This document shows, in pieces, positions 48,357 to 57,796 of a stretch of 64,000 nucleotides of DNA (within the stretch, counting starts at the first letter, position 1; each line of letters begins with the position of its first letter). The stretch comes from a bacterium (GTDB taxonomy: Bacteria > Patescibacteriota > Minisyncoccia > Minisyncoccales > CG1-02-41-26), in the NCBI GenBank assembly GCA_030603395.1, contig JAUVXX010000002.1, positions 15,807 through 79,806 on the forward strand, given 5' to 3'. Under the pieces are notes generated by a model, which did no database searches, was not told where the DNA came from, and saw only the letters and a list, made by a program, of their open reading frames with translations. The translations under genes and the position numbers were made by a program.

Positions 48357-49034
48357 TTACTCTCCAAATTTGCCTCTGAAATTCTCTAAAACATCTCTGG
48401 CTAAATCTTTTCCTCCAAGACCAAAAGCAATGGAGCAACTGATGACTATCAATGCTACAAATCCTGTCACCAAAATCTGAACAATATCTTTGGCGACGCC
48501 CAGTTGACTCAAGATAGCCAAAATGGCGAAAATCCAAATAGCCCACCTGACAATGCTCCCTATCAACTTAACATAACTTACGTTCATCTTGCCCACAATC
48601 GCTCTGACCAGCTTTTCTGAAATATCAGCAATAATTACTGCCACCACAAAGATAGCTGCTGCCACCACTAAGTTCGGCAGCCAACCAACAATAGCTCTCA
48701 AAAAGATGGCAAATTGGGTAAGCCCCAGAATCTCAACGGCAGCCAACAGAAAGACAATTATCAGAACCCATTTAACAATCCCTCCGATAAAATCCGACAT
48801 TTTCATCCGGAAATCTGCCTTCTGGAGGGTTTCGTCCCACTTGCTTTTTTCAAAAATGCGGTCAACCCTTAACTTCTTTAGAATTTCAGCCACCAGCTTG
48901 CCAATCCAAACGGATATAAACCAACCGACCACGAAAATAATTATGGCTCCTACTATTTTGGGAATAAAGCCCAGGAACCCTTGCCAGAGACTTTGCAAAG
49001 CTTGCCACGTAACGGTTGTCCAATCTTGAACCAT
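48357..49034 (-). CDS. CmpX-like / small mechanosensitive channel-associated TM-helix protein
   Basis: Repeated PKIVGAIII / LPNLVVAAAI helices, AFGLGGKD. Confidence 0.82.
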   Translation of the reverse strand: MVQDWTTVTWQALQSLWQGFLGFIPKIVGAIIIFVVGWFISVWIGKLVAEILKKLRVDRIFEKSKWDETLQKADFRMKMSDFIGGIVKWVLIIVFLLAAVEILGLTQFAIFLRAIVGWLPNLVVAAAIFVVAVIIADISEKLVRAIVGKMNVSYVKLIGSIVRWAIWIFAILAILSQLGVAKDIVQILVTGFVALIVISCSIAFGLGGKDLARDVLENFRGKFGE

Positions 49035-49190
49035 ATTAATTATTTAAAAAATATGTTCTTGTGCGACCTTTAAGACTGTACGATAAAATATTATTTCATT
49101 ATACCCCAAAAGAACCCCTGTCAACTGTGGATAACTTCAAGCGAGCAAAACGAGCGAGAACCCCGCCGTTCTTCAGAAGGAGCTGGGTGT

Positions 49191-49793
49191 TCACATTACT
49201 ATTTTATTTTTAATTAAAAACTCTTTTACAATTTCAAAGATTCTCTGATGACCTTTTGAATTCGGATGTAAACCATCATCCAGCATTGAGTTAGTTAGTT
49301 TATCATATATTAAGATTACTGGAATGTTATTTTTCTTTGCGATTCGATGTATGATTGCATTGTATTCCCTAATATTTTTGTTGTAGTAGTACTCTGTCCT
49401 GTGCCAGGGAATTGGACACACTTTTGACTCGTCAACACGTAATATTTCTGCAAAGAGCAGTTTATCTGTATGCTTCTTAGCTAATTTGATAAGGCTCGCT
49501 ACGTTCTTCTCAAAGCGTTCTGGAGGCACAAAATAATCATTTGTAGTTGTAGTATGACGAGAATCATTTGTTCCAAGATGAAAGATAACAACTTCTGGTT
49601 CTATTGATTCTAAATCTGTTTTTACTCGCTTTACAATATCATCAGTTGAATCTCCTGAAACACAGCGATTGTAAACAGCAATTTCATTGTCCTTGTTGAA
49701 GAAGAAAACTTTTAGCCGATTTACCCAACCACCCATTTTATAGTCATAATATCCTGCACTTATACTACCTCCAAAAACTAAGATTCGTGCCAT
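49191..49793 (-). CDS. SGNH/GDSL hydrolase family protein
   Basis: FGGSIS, VSGD, GTND, DGLHPN. Confidence 0.9.
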   Translation of the reverse strand: MARILVFGGSISAGYYDYKMGGWVNRLKVFFFNKDNEIAVYNRCVSGDSTDDIVKRVKTDLESIEPEVVIFHLGTNDSRHTTTTNDYFVPPERFEKNVASLIKLAKKHTDKLLFAEILRVDESKVCPIPWHRTEYYYNKNIREYNAIIHRIAKKNNIPVILIYDKLTNSMLDDGLHPNSKGHQRIFEIVKEFLIKNKIVM

Positions 49794-49834
49794 AAGAATT
49801 AGTTAAATTTTACAGGGATCTGACCCCTGTAAGG

Positions 49835-50098
49835 TTATTTTTTGGCTCGGTCATATTTTATCTTTAAGCTGATAAGTATTATTACCATTATCGTCTCAAC
49901 TGTTGAAAAAATCAAAAGCGGCATGATTGTATTTTTTGCTGCGTAAATGATGTATAAAAACAAGCCGGCCAAAAGCACAAACGTCCATAGAAACGATAAA
50001 TCTTTGGCGGACTTGGTTTTAAATGTTTTTATTAGTTGGGGCAATAAGGCTGAGGCAATTATGAATCCACCTGCATACCCTATAAATTCCAAAACCAT
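49835..50098 (-). CDS. SemiSWEET / PQ-loop transporter
   Basis: 87 aa, three helices, LPQLIKTFKTKSAKDLS. Confidence 0.88.
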   Translation of the reverse strand: MVLEFIGYAGGFIIASALLPQLIKTFKTKSAKDLSFLWTFVLLAGLFLYIIYAAKNTIMPLLIFSTVETIMVIILISLKIKYDRAKK

Positions 50099-50134
50099 AG
50101 CGCTATTGATTAAAAAGGTATATCATTTCAATTT

Positions 50135-50206
50135 TGGACCGTGCCAGACTCGAACTGGCGATCTCCTCATTGCAAATGAGGTGTTCTACCACTGAACTAA
50201 CGGCCC
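50135..50206 (-). tRNA. tRNA-Ala(UGC)
   Basis: Cloverleaf, anticodon TGC, G3:U70 identity pair. Confidence 0.96.
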
Positions 50207-50215
50207 ACATTCCGG

Positions 50216-50289
50216 TGGGCACGGTAGGATTCGAACCTACGACCTCACGATTATCAGTCGTGTGCTCTAACCAACTGAGCTACGTGCCC
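50216..50289 (-). tRNA. tRNA-Ile(GAU)
   Basis: Cloverleaf with GGGCACG/CGTGCCC acceptor stem, anticodon loop CT-GAT-AA. Confidence 0.96.
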
Positions 50290-50334
50290 ATATTTCATTA
50301 CATTATCATAATTCTTTCCCTTTGAAAAGTCCCA

Positions 50335-50364
50335 CAAACGAAAAACTCCCCTAAGGGAGTTTTC
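50335..50364 (-). terminator. Putative intrinsic terminator between 16S and tRNA-Ile
   Basis: Minus strand GAAAACTCCC-TTAG-GGGAGTTTTTCGTTT. Confidence 0.65.
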
Positions 50365-50611
50365 CTTTACTATTTTTGGTTTCTCTAAGTTGCTCCGAAA
50401 GTCGAGTTTTGAGGTGATTCGACCAACACCCTGAAAGTTAAAGAGAGAATTCTCACTCTTCAACTTTCGTCAACCAAATAAAAAAAGAAATGTTCCATCG
50501 ACAGCTTCCGCTACCGATGCCTTGTTACGACTTCGTCCTGATTACTGAGCCCACCTTAGGTCCCCAAAAGGAGCACTTCGGGTGTTCCCAGCTTTCCTGA
50601 CGTGACGGGCG

Positions 50612-51454
50612 AATGTTCTCTGGAAACTCAGAGTTGACGTTCCCACCGTACGTGCGGATTTCCCGCATACGGCGAGCTCTAATGCATTTTTTGTTTAAGC
50701 TTATACAAGCTTCTTAATCCTACTTTTGCAAGATGTCTCCCTTTGCCAATTTCTCTCATTATCTCAGAAAAAATTTTAAAATCTTTTCTCCTTGAAACTA
50801 ATCTTGGCCGATGTTTCTTAAAAAATGGAATAATAATCTTCTCTATATCTCTTCGATTTCCCACTTCATAACGATAACAATCTTTATGATTCTTCCGGCT
50901 ATCTTTCTGAAAATATACATTTCCACAACCAAAAGATTTTTTCAACCGATAAAGTATTTCTTTATCGGTTTCTTGAAGTCTCAAGTAAAATCTCGGTTCG
51001 GCTCTTACTCTTCGTTTAACTTTCTTCTTTTCATCGGGATTACGAATATAAACTGTAAAACTTCCTTCGCCATCTACTAGTCCTAAAATATATTCAGGGT
51101 TTAACATAAATACATTAGAGTGGATCCTTCCCCGCTAAACTTTTTATTTAGCCGGTACTATGATCCAGCTGACTTCTGACGCTGCGTCAGTTTCATTATA
51201 CAGCGTCAGACCTCCCCGGGTCAATACATAAACTATTCCCAACATCCCAAATTGAGCCAAGAAACGACCTTCCCCACGCTCACCACCCATTCATGGGTCG
51301 GCCAGCTCTTAAAAATTTGGGCTACTGTTTGCTTTCGGACCCTCCGCCATTTGTGTCACCACAAATGACTGTCCTTCAGCTTTACTCCGCTAACAGTCTG
51401 CGGAGAAAGAGATTTTAACTCTTTAGCTTATGTATCTGCCGGGCGCGTTTATCT
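50612..51454 (-). mobile_element. Group II intron at 16S about C1399/C1400 encoding a LAGLIDADG endonuclease
   Basis: Interrupts UGUACUCAC|CGCCCGUC; domain V CGCCGUAUGCGGGAAAUCCGCACGUACGGUG (50644-50674); CCGGGGAGGUC, a domain II hairpin and AAGUCAGC..AUAGUA..GAAGG domain III motifs. Confidence 0.85.
50679..51107 (-). CDS. Single-motif LAGLIDADG homing endonuclease (intron-encoded)
   Basis: YILGLVDGEGSF, FGCGNVY, IIPFFKKH, RRKDFKIF. Confidence 0.93.
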   Translation of the reverse strand: MLNPEYILGLVDGEGSFTVYIRNPDEKKKVKRRVRAEPRFYLRLQETDKEILYRLKKSFGCGNVYFQKDSRKNHKDCYRYEVGNRRDIEKIIIPFFKKHRPRLVSRRKDFKIFSEIMREIGKGRHLAKVGLRSLYKLKQKMH

Positions 51455-52977
51455 GTGAGTACAAGAGACAGTGACTTATTCATCGCGGCGTAGCTGATCC
51501 GCGATTACTAGCGATTCCAGCTTCACGAGGTCGAGTTGCAGACCCCGATCCGGACTGAGACTGGCTTTGATGGGATTAGCTCCACGTTACCGTTTGGCAA
51601 CCCATTGTACCAGCCATTGTACCACGTGTGCTGCCCAGGGCATAAGGGCCATGCGGATTTGGCGTCGTCCTCGCCTTCCTCCCAGTTATCCCGGGCAGTC
51701 CCCTATAACAAATAAAACATAGGGTGAGGGTTACGCAGGTTTCCCCATTTAAGGGAGCATTTCACAACACCTACTGACGACAACCATGCAGCACCTGTAC
51801 CAAGTGCCTTGCGGACTCCCAAGTTTCCTCGGGATTTCACCTGGCATGTCAAGCCCTGGTAAGGTTCTTCGCTTACCGTCGAATTAAGCCACGTGGTCCA
51901 CCGCTTGTGTGCCTCCCCGTCTATTCCTTTGAGTTTCAACGTTGCCGTCGTACTTCCCAGGCGGGACGCTTAACGGGTTACCTTCGCCGGTGAAAGGGTC
52001 GACACTTCCACCAGCCAGCGTCCATCGTTTACAGCGTGGAATACGCAGGTATCTAATCTGCTTCTCTCCCCACGCTTTCGCCAATCAGCGTCAGGGTCGC
52101 CCCAGCCAGCTGCCTTCGCTTTTGGTGTTCCAGCCGATATCAACGGATTTCACCCCTACACCGGCTGTTCCGCTGGCCTCTAACGCCCTCTAGAAAAGAA
52201 GTATCTCTAGCGCTCTTGAGGTTAAGCCCCAAGAATTTGACCAAAGACTTTCTTAACCGCCTTAAGGCTCTTTACGCCCAATAAATCCGGATAATGCTCG
52301 GGGCACTCGTATTACCGCCGCTGCTGGCACGAGTTTAGCGGCCCCTTATTCAACCGGTACTGTCACCCGAAGGTTCATCCCGGTTAAAAGTTCTTTACAC
52401 CCCGAAGGGCTTCATCGAACACGCGGCGTCGCTCGGTCAGGCTTGCGCCCATTGCCGAAGATTCTCGACTGCTGCCTCCCGTAGGAGTGGGAACCGTGTC
52501 TCAGTTTCCCTGTTGGGGAACACACTCTCATGCCCCCTACCCGTCATCGCCTTGGTGAGCCTTTACCTCACCAACAAGCTGATAGGCCGCGGACTCTTCC
52601 TCAAGCGCCGGAGCTTTACTCTTGCGAGACCATCTAGTATTAGTCCCACTTTCGCGGGATTATGCTAGACTTGAGGGTAAATATCCACGTGTTACTAACC
52701 CGTTCGCCACTGTCCCTCACCAAAATTTGGTGTGGGACCGTACGACTTGCATGCCTTATCCACGCCGCCAGCATTCATCCTGAGCCAGGATCAAACTCTC
52801 AAAAAAAATAGTATTCGAAGCAACTCAGAAAAACCAAAGGTTTTTCTTCGTTAATATTCTGGACACTTTTTAACGGAAACCGAGGACGATTTCCTAAAGC
52901 GCCCGTCAAAGACAATCAATTGTCTTTGACCTCAAAAAAAACAATTATTCAATTTGAAAGAACTCGTCTAATTTTTA

Positions 52978-53005
52978 ATTCTACTTACTTAATTCTTAAT
53001 GTCAA
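52978..53005 (-). promoter_or_regulatory. 16S promoter
   Basis: TTGACA-16-TAGAAT followed by boxA-like GTTCTTTCAAA. Confidence 0.7.
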
Positions 53006-53011
53006 CCCCAT

Positions 53012-53082
53012 AGCCGGCGGTGAGAATCGAACTCACATTTCTGGTTTACAAAACCAGTGCTCTACCACTGAGCTACACCGGC
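53012..53082 (-). tRNA. tRNA-Thr(UGU)
   Basis: Cloverleaf with GCCGGTG/CGCCGGC acceptor stem, anticodon loop TT-TGT-AA. Confidence 0.95.
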
Positions 53083-53084
53083 CC

Positions 53085-53369
53085 TTATCCCTTTCTTATC
53101 TTCTCCCAATAATCATCAGAGAAATTAACCTCTTTTTTTTCTTCTTTCTTTTCTTTCTTTAGGTCTTTAAATTTTGACCCGAACTCAGCCAAAAAAGAGG
53201 TTGTTTTTAAGGAAATCTTGCTTAAATTCAAAATCTTGTCCTTTCTCTCAACAAGGGACCTCACGTCAACTTCAGCCAATTCTCTCAAAGCCGGAATCTT
53301 CCTAAATATCATAAAACCTATTCCTAAAAGACCCCCGATTAAAATTATTTTTGCAGCTAGTTCAAACAT
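53085..53369 (-). CDS. Hypothetical single-pass membrane protein
   Basis: N-terminal hydrophobic helix then RKIPAL; C-terminal DDYWEKI; follows tsf by 4 nt. Confidence 0.7.
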   Translation of the reverse strand: MFELAAKIILIGGLLGIGFMIFRKIPALRELAEVDVRSLVERKDKILNLSKISLKTTSFLAEFGSKFKDLKKEKKEEKKEVNFSDDYWEKIRKG

Positions 53370-53373
53370 AATG

Positions 53374-53958
53374 TTAAATCTCGTATCTGGTAAACCCTAC
53401 CACCTCTATCTTCTCCCCGAGCTTTGCCACATACTCCTCAATCAACCCCCCTATCGTTTTTGTCTCATCTTTTACCCAGGGCTGCGACAATAAGGAAATT
53501 TCCTTCTGGTATTTTTCCAGTTTCCCTTCAACAATCTGGTCAATTACTTTTTGGGGTTTACCAGAGTCCTCAAATTGTTTTTGATATATTTTTCTTTCTC
53601 CATCTAAAAAGTCCTGGGGAATATCCTCCATCTTTAAAAATAAAGGTTTCAGGGCTGCTATTTGCAAACAAATCTCGTGGGCTAACTTTTTAAATTCTTC
53701 CCCTTTCGCCACGAAATCGGTTTCGGAATGAATCTCAACCAGCACCCCAAGTTTTGAGCCGGGGTGGACGTAACTGATAACAATCCCCTGGGAGACTTCT
53801 TTTCCTTCCCTTGTCTTGATAATCTCTTTGCCTTTTTCCCTCAAAATCTTCTTTGCCTCCTCAACGTCTCCCTTCGCCTCCTCAAGCGCCCTTTTACAAT
53901 CCATCAGGGAAATCCCGGTGGCTGCTCTAAGTTGTCTTATTTGTTCAATGGAAACCAT
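53374..53958 (-). CDS. tsf: Elongation factor Ts (short form)
   Basis: LRAATG..LMDCKRAL, SETDFVAK; follows rpsB. Confidence 0.96.
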   Translation of the reverse strand: MVSIEQIRQLRAATGISLMDCKRALEEAKGDVEEAKKILREKGKEIIKTREGKEVSQGIVISYVHPGSKLGVLVEIHSETDFVAKGEEFKKLAHEICLQIAALKPLFLKMEDIPQDFLDGERKIYQKQFEDSGKPQKVIDQIVEGKLEKYQKEISLLSQPWVKDETKTIGGLIEEYVAKLGEKIEVVGFTRYEI

Positions 53959-53961
53959 AAT

Positions 53962-54687
53962 TTATTTCTTCTTGGCTTTTTTAACTACTTTAGCAACCTT
54001 TTCCAAAATATATTTCACCGAAGAGACAGCGTCATCATTGGCGACAATCGGATAATCAACCAGGGTGGGGTCAACATTGGTATCCACTATGGCTATCACC
54101 TTGACCTTCTTCGCTTTGGCTTCCCTTAAAGCAAGTTTATCTTGGTTAATGTCGCAAATAAACACGGCCTGGGGAATTTTTTCCATATCTTTTATTCCCC
54201 CGAATTTCTGCTCGAGTTTTTCCAATTCCCTTTCAATTTTTATTCTTTCTTTTTTGGTATACTTTTCCAATTCCCCTTCTTTCTGCTTTTTTGCCAGGTC
54301 TTTAAAATATTTCATTCTCTCAGTGATTACTTTGAAGTTGGTAAAAGTTCCTCCCAGCCATCTTTCAGTAACATAGGGAAGTTGGCAATCCTGGGCTATC
54401 TTACGGACCAAGCTCTTGAGGGGAATTTTTGTCCCGACCAAAAGCATCTCTCCTTTTTTCTCTAAAATCTCAGCAATAAACTTCAGAGCCTTTATCAACT
54501 GCTGAGCTGTTTTTTGTAAATCAATAATATGGACGGTATTTCTTACCCCCAAAATATTCTCTGCCATCTTGGGATGAAGCTTGGAAATCCGATGGCCCAA
54601 ATGGACCCCAACCTCCATCATTTCTTCAACGTCAATGCCAAATCCATTTTTCTTTGTTTCCTTTTCGGTTTTCTTTACTTTTACCAT
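53962..54687 (-). CDS. rpsB: 30S ribosomal protein S2
   Basis: GVHLGH, HIIDL, ERWLGGTFTNF, VDTNVDP, ANDDA. Confidence 0.97.
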   Translation of the reverse strand: MVKVKKTEKETKKNGFGIDVEEMMEVGVHLGHRISKLHPKMAENILGVRNTVHIIDLQKTAQQLIKALKFIAEILEKKGEMLLVGTKIPLKSLVRKIAQDCQLPYVTERWLGGTFTNFKVITERMKYFKDLAKKQKEGELEKYTKKERIKIERELEKLEQKFGGIKDMEKIPQAVFICDINQDKLALREAKAKKVKVIAIVDTNVDPTLVDYPIVANDDAVSSVKYILEKVAKVVKKAKKK

Positions 54688-54749
54688 ATTCTAAAATTTT
54701 ACAATACTTTCCTTGATTTTTCAATACCTTTGAGATATAATGCTAAAAT

Positions 54750-54974
54750 ATGAAGAAAGATATTCATCCCAAATATTATCCCAAAGCAAAGGTTCACTGC
54801 GCCTGCGGCCATAATTTTGAAGTTGGCTCCTCTCAAGAATTTATTGAAACGGAAATCTGTTTCCATTGTCATCCCTTTTATACCGGTAAAGAGAAGATAA
54901 TTGATGTTGCCGGGAGAGTGGAAAAATTCAAAAAGCGATTGGCCAAAAAAGCAGAACTAAAAAAGAAGAGGTAA
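54750..54974 (+). CDS. rpmE: 50S ribosomal protein L31 (four-Cys, zinc-binding type)
   Basis: [29 protein letters not shown]. Confidence 0.97.
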   Translation: MKKDIHPKYYPKAKVHCACGHNFEVGSSQEFIETEICFHCHPFYTGKEKIIDVAGRVEKFKKRLAKKAELKKKR

Positions 54975-54975
54975 A

Positions 54976-55707
54976 ATGACGAAAGATTCAGTAATTGTAG
55001 AAATAAGAGCGGGGGCTGGCGGAGAAGAAGCCGCCCTTTTTGCTAAGGACTTGTTTAAGATGTATTCAAAATATGGCGCCTCCCAGGGTTGGCAGCAGAA
55101 GATTTTGGATTCAAGTATTTCAGAAATGGGTGGTTTTAAACAAATCGTCTTCATTCTCAGGAATGGTCAAGTTCTCTCAAAAATGAAATATGAGGGAGGC
55201 GTCCATCGAGTTCAAAGAATACCCAAAACAGAAAAAGCAAACCGAATTCACACCTCAACTGTTTCAGTGGCTGTTTTGCCACAACCCCAGGAAACTGAAA
55301 TCAAGCTCAGTCCTCAGGATATAAGAACGGAAACCTTCAAAGCTTCAGGACCCGGTGGGCAATACGTCAACAAACGCCAAACGGCGATTCGGATTATCCA
55401 TTTGCCAACCGGAATTTCTGTCGCTTCCCAAACCTCAAGAAACCTTGCCGAAAATAAAAAAGCTGCCCTGGAAATTCTAGCGGCTAAACTTTTTGCTAAA
55501 GAACAGGAGGAAATGGAAAGTGCCAGGGCACAAGAAAGGAAATCCCAAATTGGTCGAGCTCAACGAGCCGAAAAAATAAGGACCTACAATTTCCCCCAAG
55601 ACAGAATTACCGACCACCGAATAAAAAAAACCTGGCACAATCTTGAAAAGATAATGGCAGGGAATTTAAGACCAATAATCAAAAAACTGGGCCAATTGCT
55701 TAACTAA
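54976..55707 (+). CDS. prfA: Peptide chain release factor 1 lacking the N-terminal domain
   Basis: EIRAGAGGEEA, HRVQRIPKTE (PxT), GPGGQ, EKIRTYNFPQDRITDHRI; 243 aa; directly follows rpmE. Confidence 0.85.
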   Translation: MTKDSVIVEIRAGAGGEEAALFAKDLFKMYSKYGASQGWQQKILDSSISEMGGFKQIVFILRNGQVLSKMKYEGGVHRVQRIPKTEKANRIHTSTVSVAVLPQPQETEIKLSPQDIRTETFKASGPGGQYVNKRQTAIRIIHLPTGISVASQTSRNLAENKKAALEILAAKLFAKEQEEMESARAQERKSQIGRAQRAEKIRTYNFPQDRITDHRIKKTWHNLEKIMAGNLRPIIKKLGQLLN

Positions 55708-55735
55708 GTTAAGCAATTTTTAAGTTATTTCTAAT

Positions 55736-57073
55736 TCATCTTGGGATAAAAATTAACTTCTCACATCTTTCAGTCATGGTACCCCGATCAATAAAAGCTT
55801 GAAGACAATTAGCCCGAGTAATCACTAAATTCCCATAGAATTCTTCGTATTTTGTCCAGGAAGCTCCGGAGAAATATCTCATAGCCGCTAAAAATTCATT
55901 TTGGGCTGCTCCAAGATCTCTTAAATACAAAGCTGAAGCTAAAAAGGCGTGACGGATATCCCAGGGATTGGGAATGCCTTCAATATATCCTTCTAATACT
56001 GGCTGGCGAGCCGCCCAGGTTGAAGGAATAAATTGAGCAGGTCCCATTGCCCCCCCATAACCAAAAGCCATGGGGCAAGAAACTAAAGTATTATAAGGAT
56101 CTCGGTCTAGCTCCTGAGTAATATTTAAGAAAGGAGGTACATCTCGAGTCGGATGCATAATCCGACGTTTTCTATTTTCCGCCGGATCTCGGGGTAAATA
56201 ACACTGGCCAACATTTCTACCCAAAGCTGATTCTTGAGTAATTACGGCTAATAAAAAGGCTGGTTTTATTCCGGTTTGTTTTTGAATCCACTCGGCCAGC
56301 TCCAGGGCCTCACCAAAAGTCGGGGCTTCGGGCACTCCGATTAACTCAAAAATTCTTGCCTCTATTTCTGCTGCTTTTCTTTCGGTTTCTTCTTTCTCTC
56401 GGAGATACTTTTGATATTCCGCTTCGGTTAATTTCAAGAAATATTCTTGGGTTCTCTTGGCACCGGCACTCTCTTGTTTTTGAAGCAGCTGAATGGTTAC
56501 TATGTTCTCTAAATCGTCTTTTTCTTCAACCATAGTGTCCTTCTGGCTTTCTAGAGAACCTTTCAAACCCTTGATATCAGTTAGCAGATCTTGAGTCTCC
56601 AGATTCAGGGCTTCCAGAGCCATTAAATCGTCAAAAAAATCAGCCAAGCTTTCTTCGGCCAAAAATATCTCCAAAAGGCTCCTTTGGTCTTCCTCGTAAC
56701 GAAGTTGTAAAATACTGGCTAAGTTATCTTTAACCTCGTCAATTTTTAAACTTGTTACATCAATTGAAGTTTGAGTATCTCCAATTTGAAAATTAAGGTC
56801 TCCGATGATTAAATTATTTCGATAAGCCTGATAATCTAATTGTTCAATTCTTTTTCCTAAAATATAAATTTCATTCTGGAGGCTTTTTTTCTCCTGCTGG
56901 GTTTTAGTGATATCCTCTTCATATTGGGCGATTTGCTCCTCAAGTTCCCTTAACTCCGCCTCCAGGGCTTCTCTCTCCTCAGTTGAGGTCTGGGCAAAAC
57001 CTCTGAAGTTGGGAAATAAAAAAACAATAATAAGAATACCGAGCAAGACTGTTTTTGTGAAACGAGAAAACAT
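55736..57073 (-). CDS. Exported coiled-coil protein with a C-terminal lytic transglycosylase domain (start probably MFSRFTK)
   Basis: Signal peptide, long coiled coil, TQES.LG.NVG, GAMGPAQFIPSTW, NPWD. Confidence 0.85.
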   Translation of the reverse strand: MFSRFTKTVLLGILIIVFLFPNFRGFAQTSTEEREALEAELRELEEQIAQYEEDITKTQQEKKSLQNEIYILGKRIEQLDYQAYRNNLIIGDLNFQIGDTQTSIDVTSLKIDEVKDNLASILQLRYEEDQRSLLEIFLAEESLADFFDDLMALEALNLETQDLLTDIKGLKGSLESQKDTMVEEKDDLENIVTIQLLQKQESAGAKRTQEYFLKLTEAEYQKYLREKEETERKAAEIEARIFELIGVPEAPTFGEALELAEWIQKQTGIKPAFLLAVITQESALGRNVGQCYLPRDPAENRKRRIMHPTRDVPPFLNITQELDRDPYNTLVSCPMAFGYGGAMGPAQFIPSTWAARQPVLEGYIEGIPNPWDIRHAFLASALYLRDLGAAQNEFLAAMRYFSGASWTKYEEFYGNLVITRANCLQAFIDRGTMTERCEKLIFIPR

Positions 57074-57083
57074 ATTTGATTTG

Positions 57084-57794
57084 TTATTTGGATTTTCCTT
57101 TCCCTTTTTCTTTCTTTTCACCTCCCTCCTCCCTCTTTTCTTCCTCCGGCTTCTCTCCTTCCGCTGGCTTTTCCTCCCCTGCCTTCTCTTCTTCTTCCTT
57201 CTCGGCTTCTTCAGCTGCTACTTCCTCCTCTTCTTCCTCCGCTGGTGGAACAACATTGGCTACCATTTCATCGGACTCCCTTGAAATCTTAATCCCTTCA
57301 GGAATTTTTAAATCGCCGATTGAAATTCTATCCTCAAACGTTTTAAGACCCCCTACATCCACTTTAATTTCCCGGGGCAGATTCTGGGCCAACCCTTTAA
57401 CCTCCACCACTTGTATCTCCTTGACTAAAGTGCCGTCCAACTCTTTAACGGCCGGAGGTTCCCCCTCAAAAACCAAGGGAATTTCTGCTTCAACTTCTTT
57501 GGTGGAGGAGGGATGATAAAAATCAACATGCAAAAATTTTCCTTCCACCGGGTCTCGAGCTATCTCGTGGATTAAAACCTGCCATTTCTTGGGAGGATTT
57601 TTACCAACCTCTAAGGAAACCAAGGAGCTCTCCCCTGCTTCGCCGTAAACCTTTTCAAATTCTTTCTCGTCAACCTCCAGAGAGAGATTTTTAATTTCCG
57701 GCCCATATAAAACAGCCGGCAATACTTTGTTTTTTCTCAACTCTTTTAATCCCTTGCCAACTTTTTCTCTAATTTTAGCTTTAAGTGAAAGCAT
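57084..57794 (-). CDS. rplY: 50S ribosomal protein L25/Ctc with acidic tail
   Basis: LPAVLYG, HVDFY, IPLVFEGE, LPREIKVDV. Confidence 0.95.
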   Translation of the reverse strand: MLSLKAKIREKVGKGLKELRKNKVLPAVLYGPEIKNLSLEVDEKEFEKVYGEAGESSLVSLEVGKNPPKKWQVLIHEIARDPVEGKFLHVDFYHPSSTKEVEAEIPLVFEGEPPAVKELDGTLVKEIQVVEVKGLAQNLPREIKVDVGGLKTFEDRISIGDLKIPEGIKISRESDEMVANVVPPAEEEEEEVAAEEAEKEEEEKAGEEKPAEGEKPEEEKREEGGEKKEKGKGKSK

Positions 57795-57796
57795 AT

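Larger units (their letters stand above)
50482..52806 (-). rRNA. rrs: 16S rRNA interrupted by a group II intron (ends approximate)
   Basis: AGAGTTTGATCC, CCTACGGGAGGCAGCAG, AAACTCAAAGGAAT, AAGTCGTAACAAGG. Confidence 0.98.

Noticed and set aside
46100..52193. ORFs listed within the 23S, 16S and tRNA sequences (for example 46398-46745, 47083-47415, 51703-51939)
   Set aside because: They overlap structural RNA genes and have no protein motifs; only the intron LAGLIDADG ORF and the three spacer genes are credible
54750..55010. Programmed frameshift supplying the missing release factor N-terminus (as in prfB)
   Set aside because: The upstream DNA is fully occupied by rpmE, there is no CTTTGA slippery site, and the protein has the RF1 PxT motif
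57076..57516. Ser-rich plus-strand ORF and other antisense ORFs
   Set aside because: They are shadows of the Glu/Lys-rich rplY tail and other well-supported opposite-strand genes
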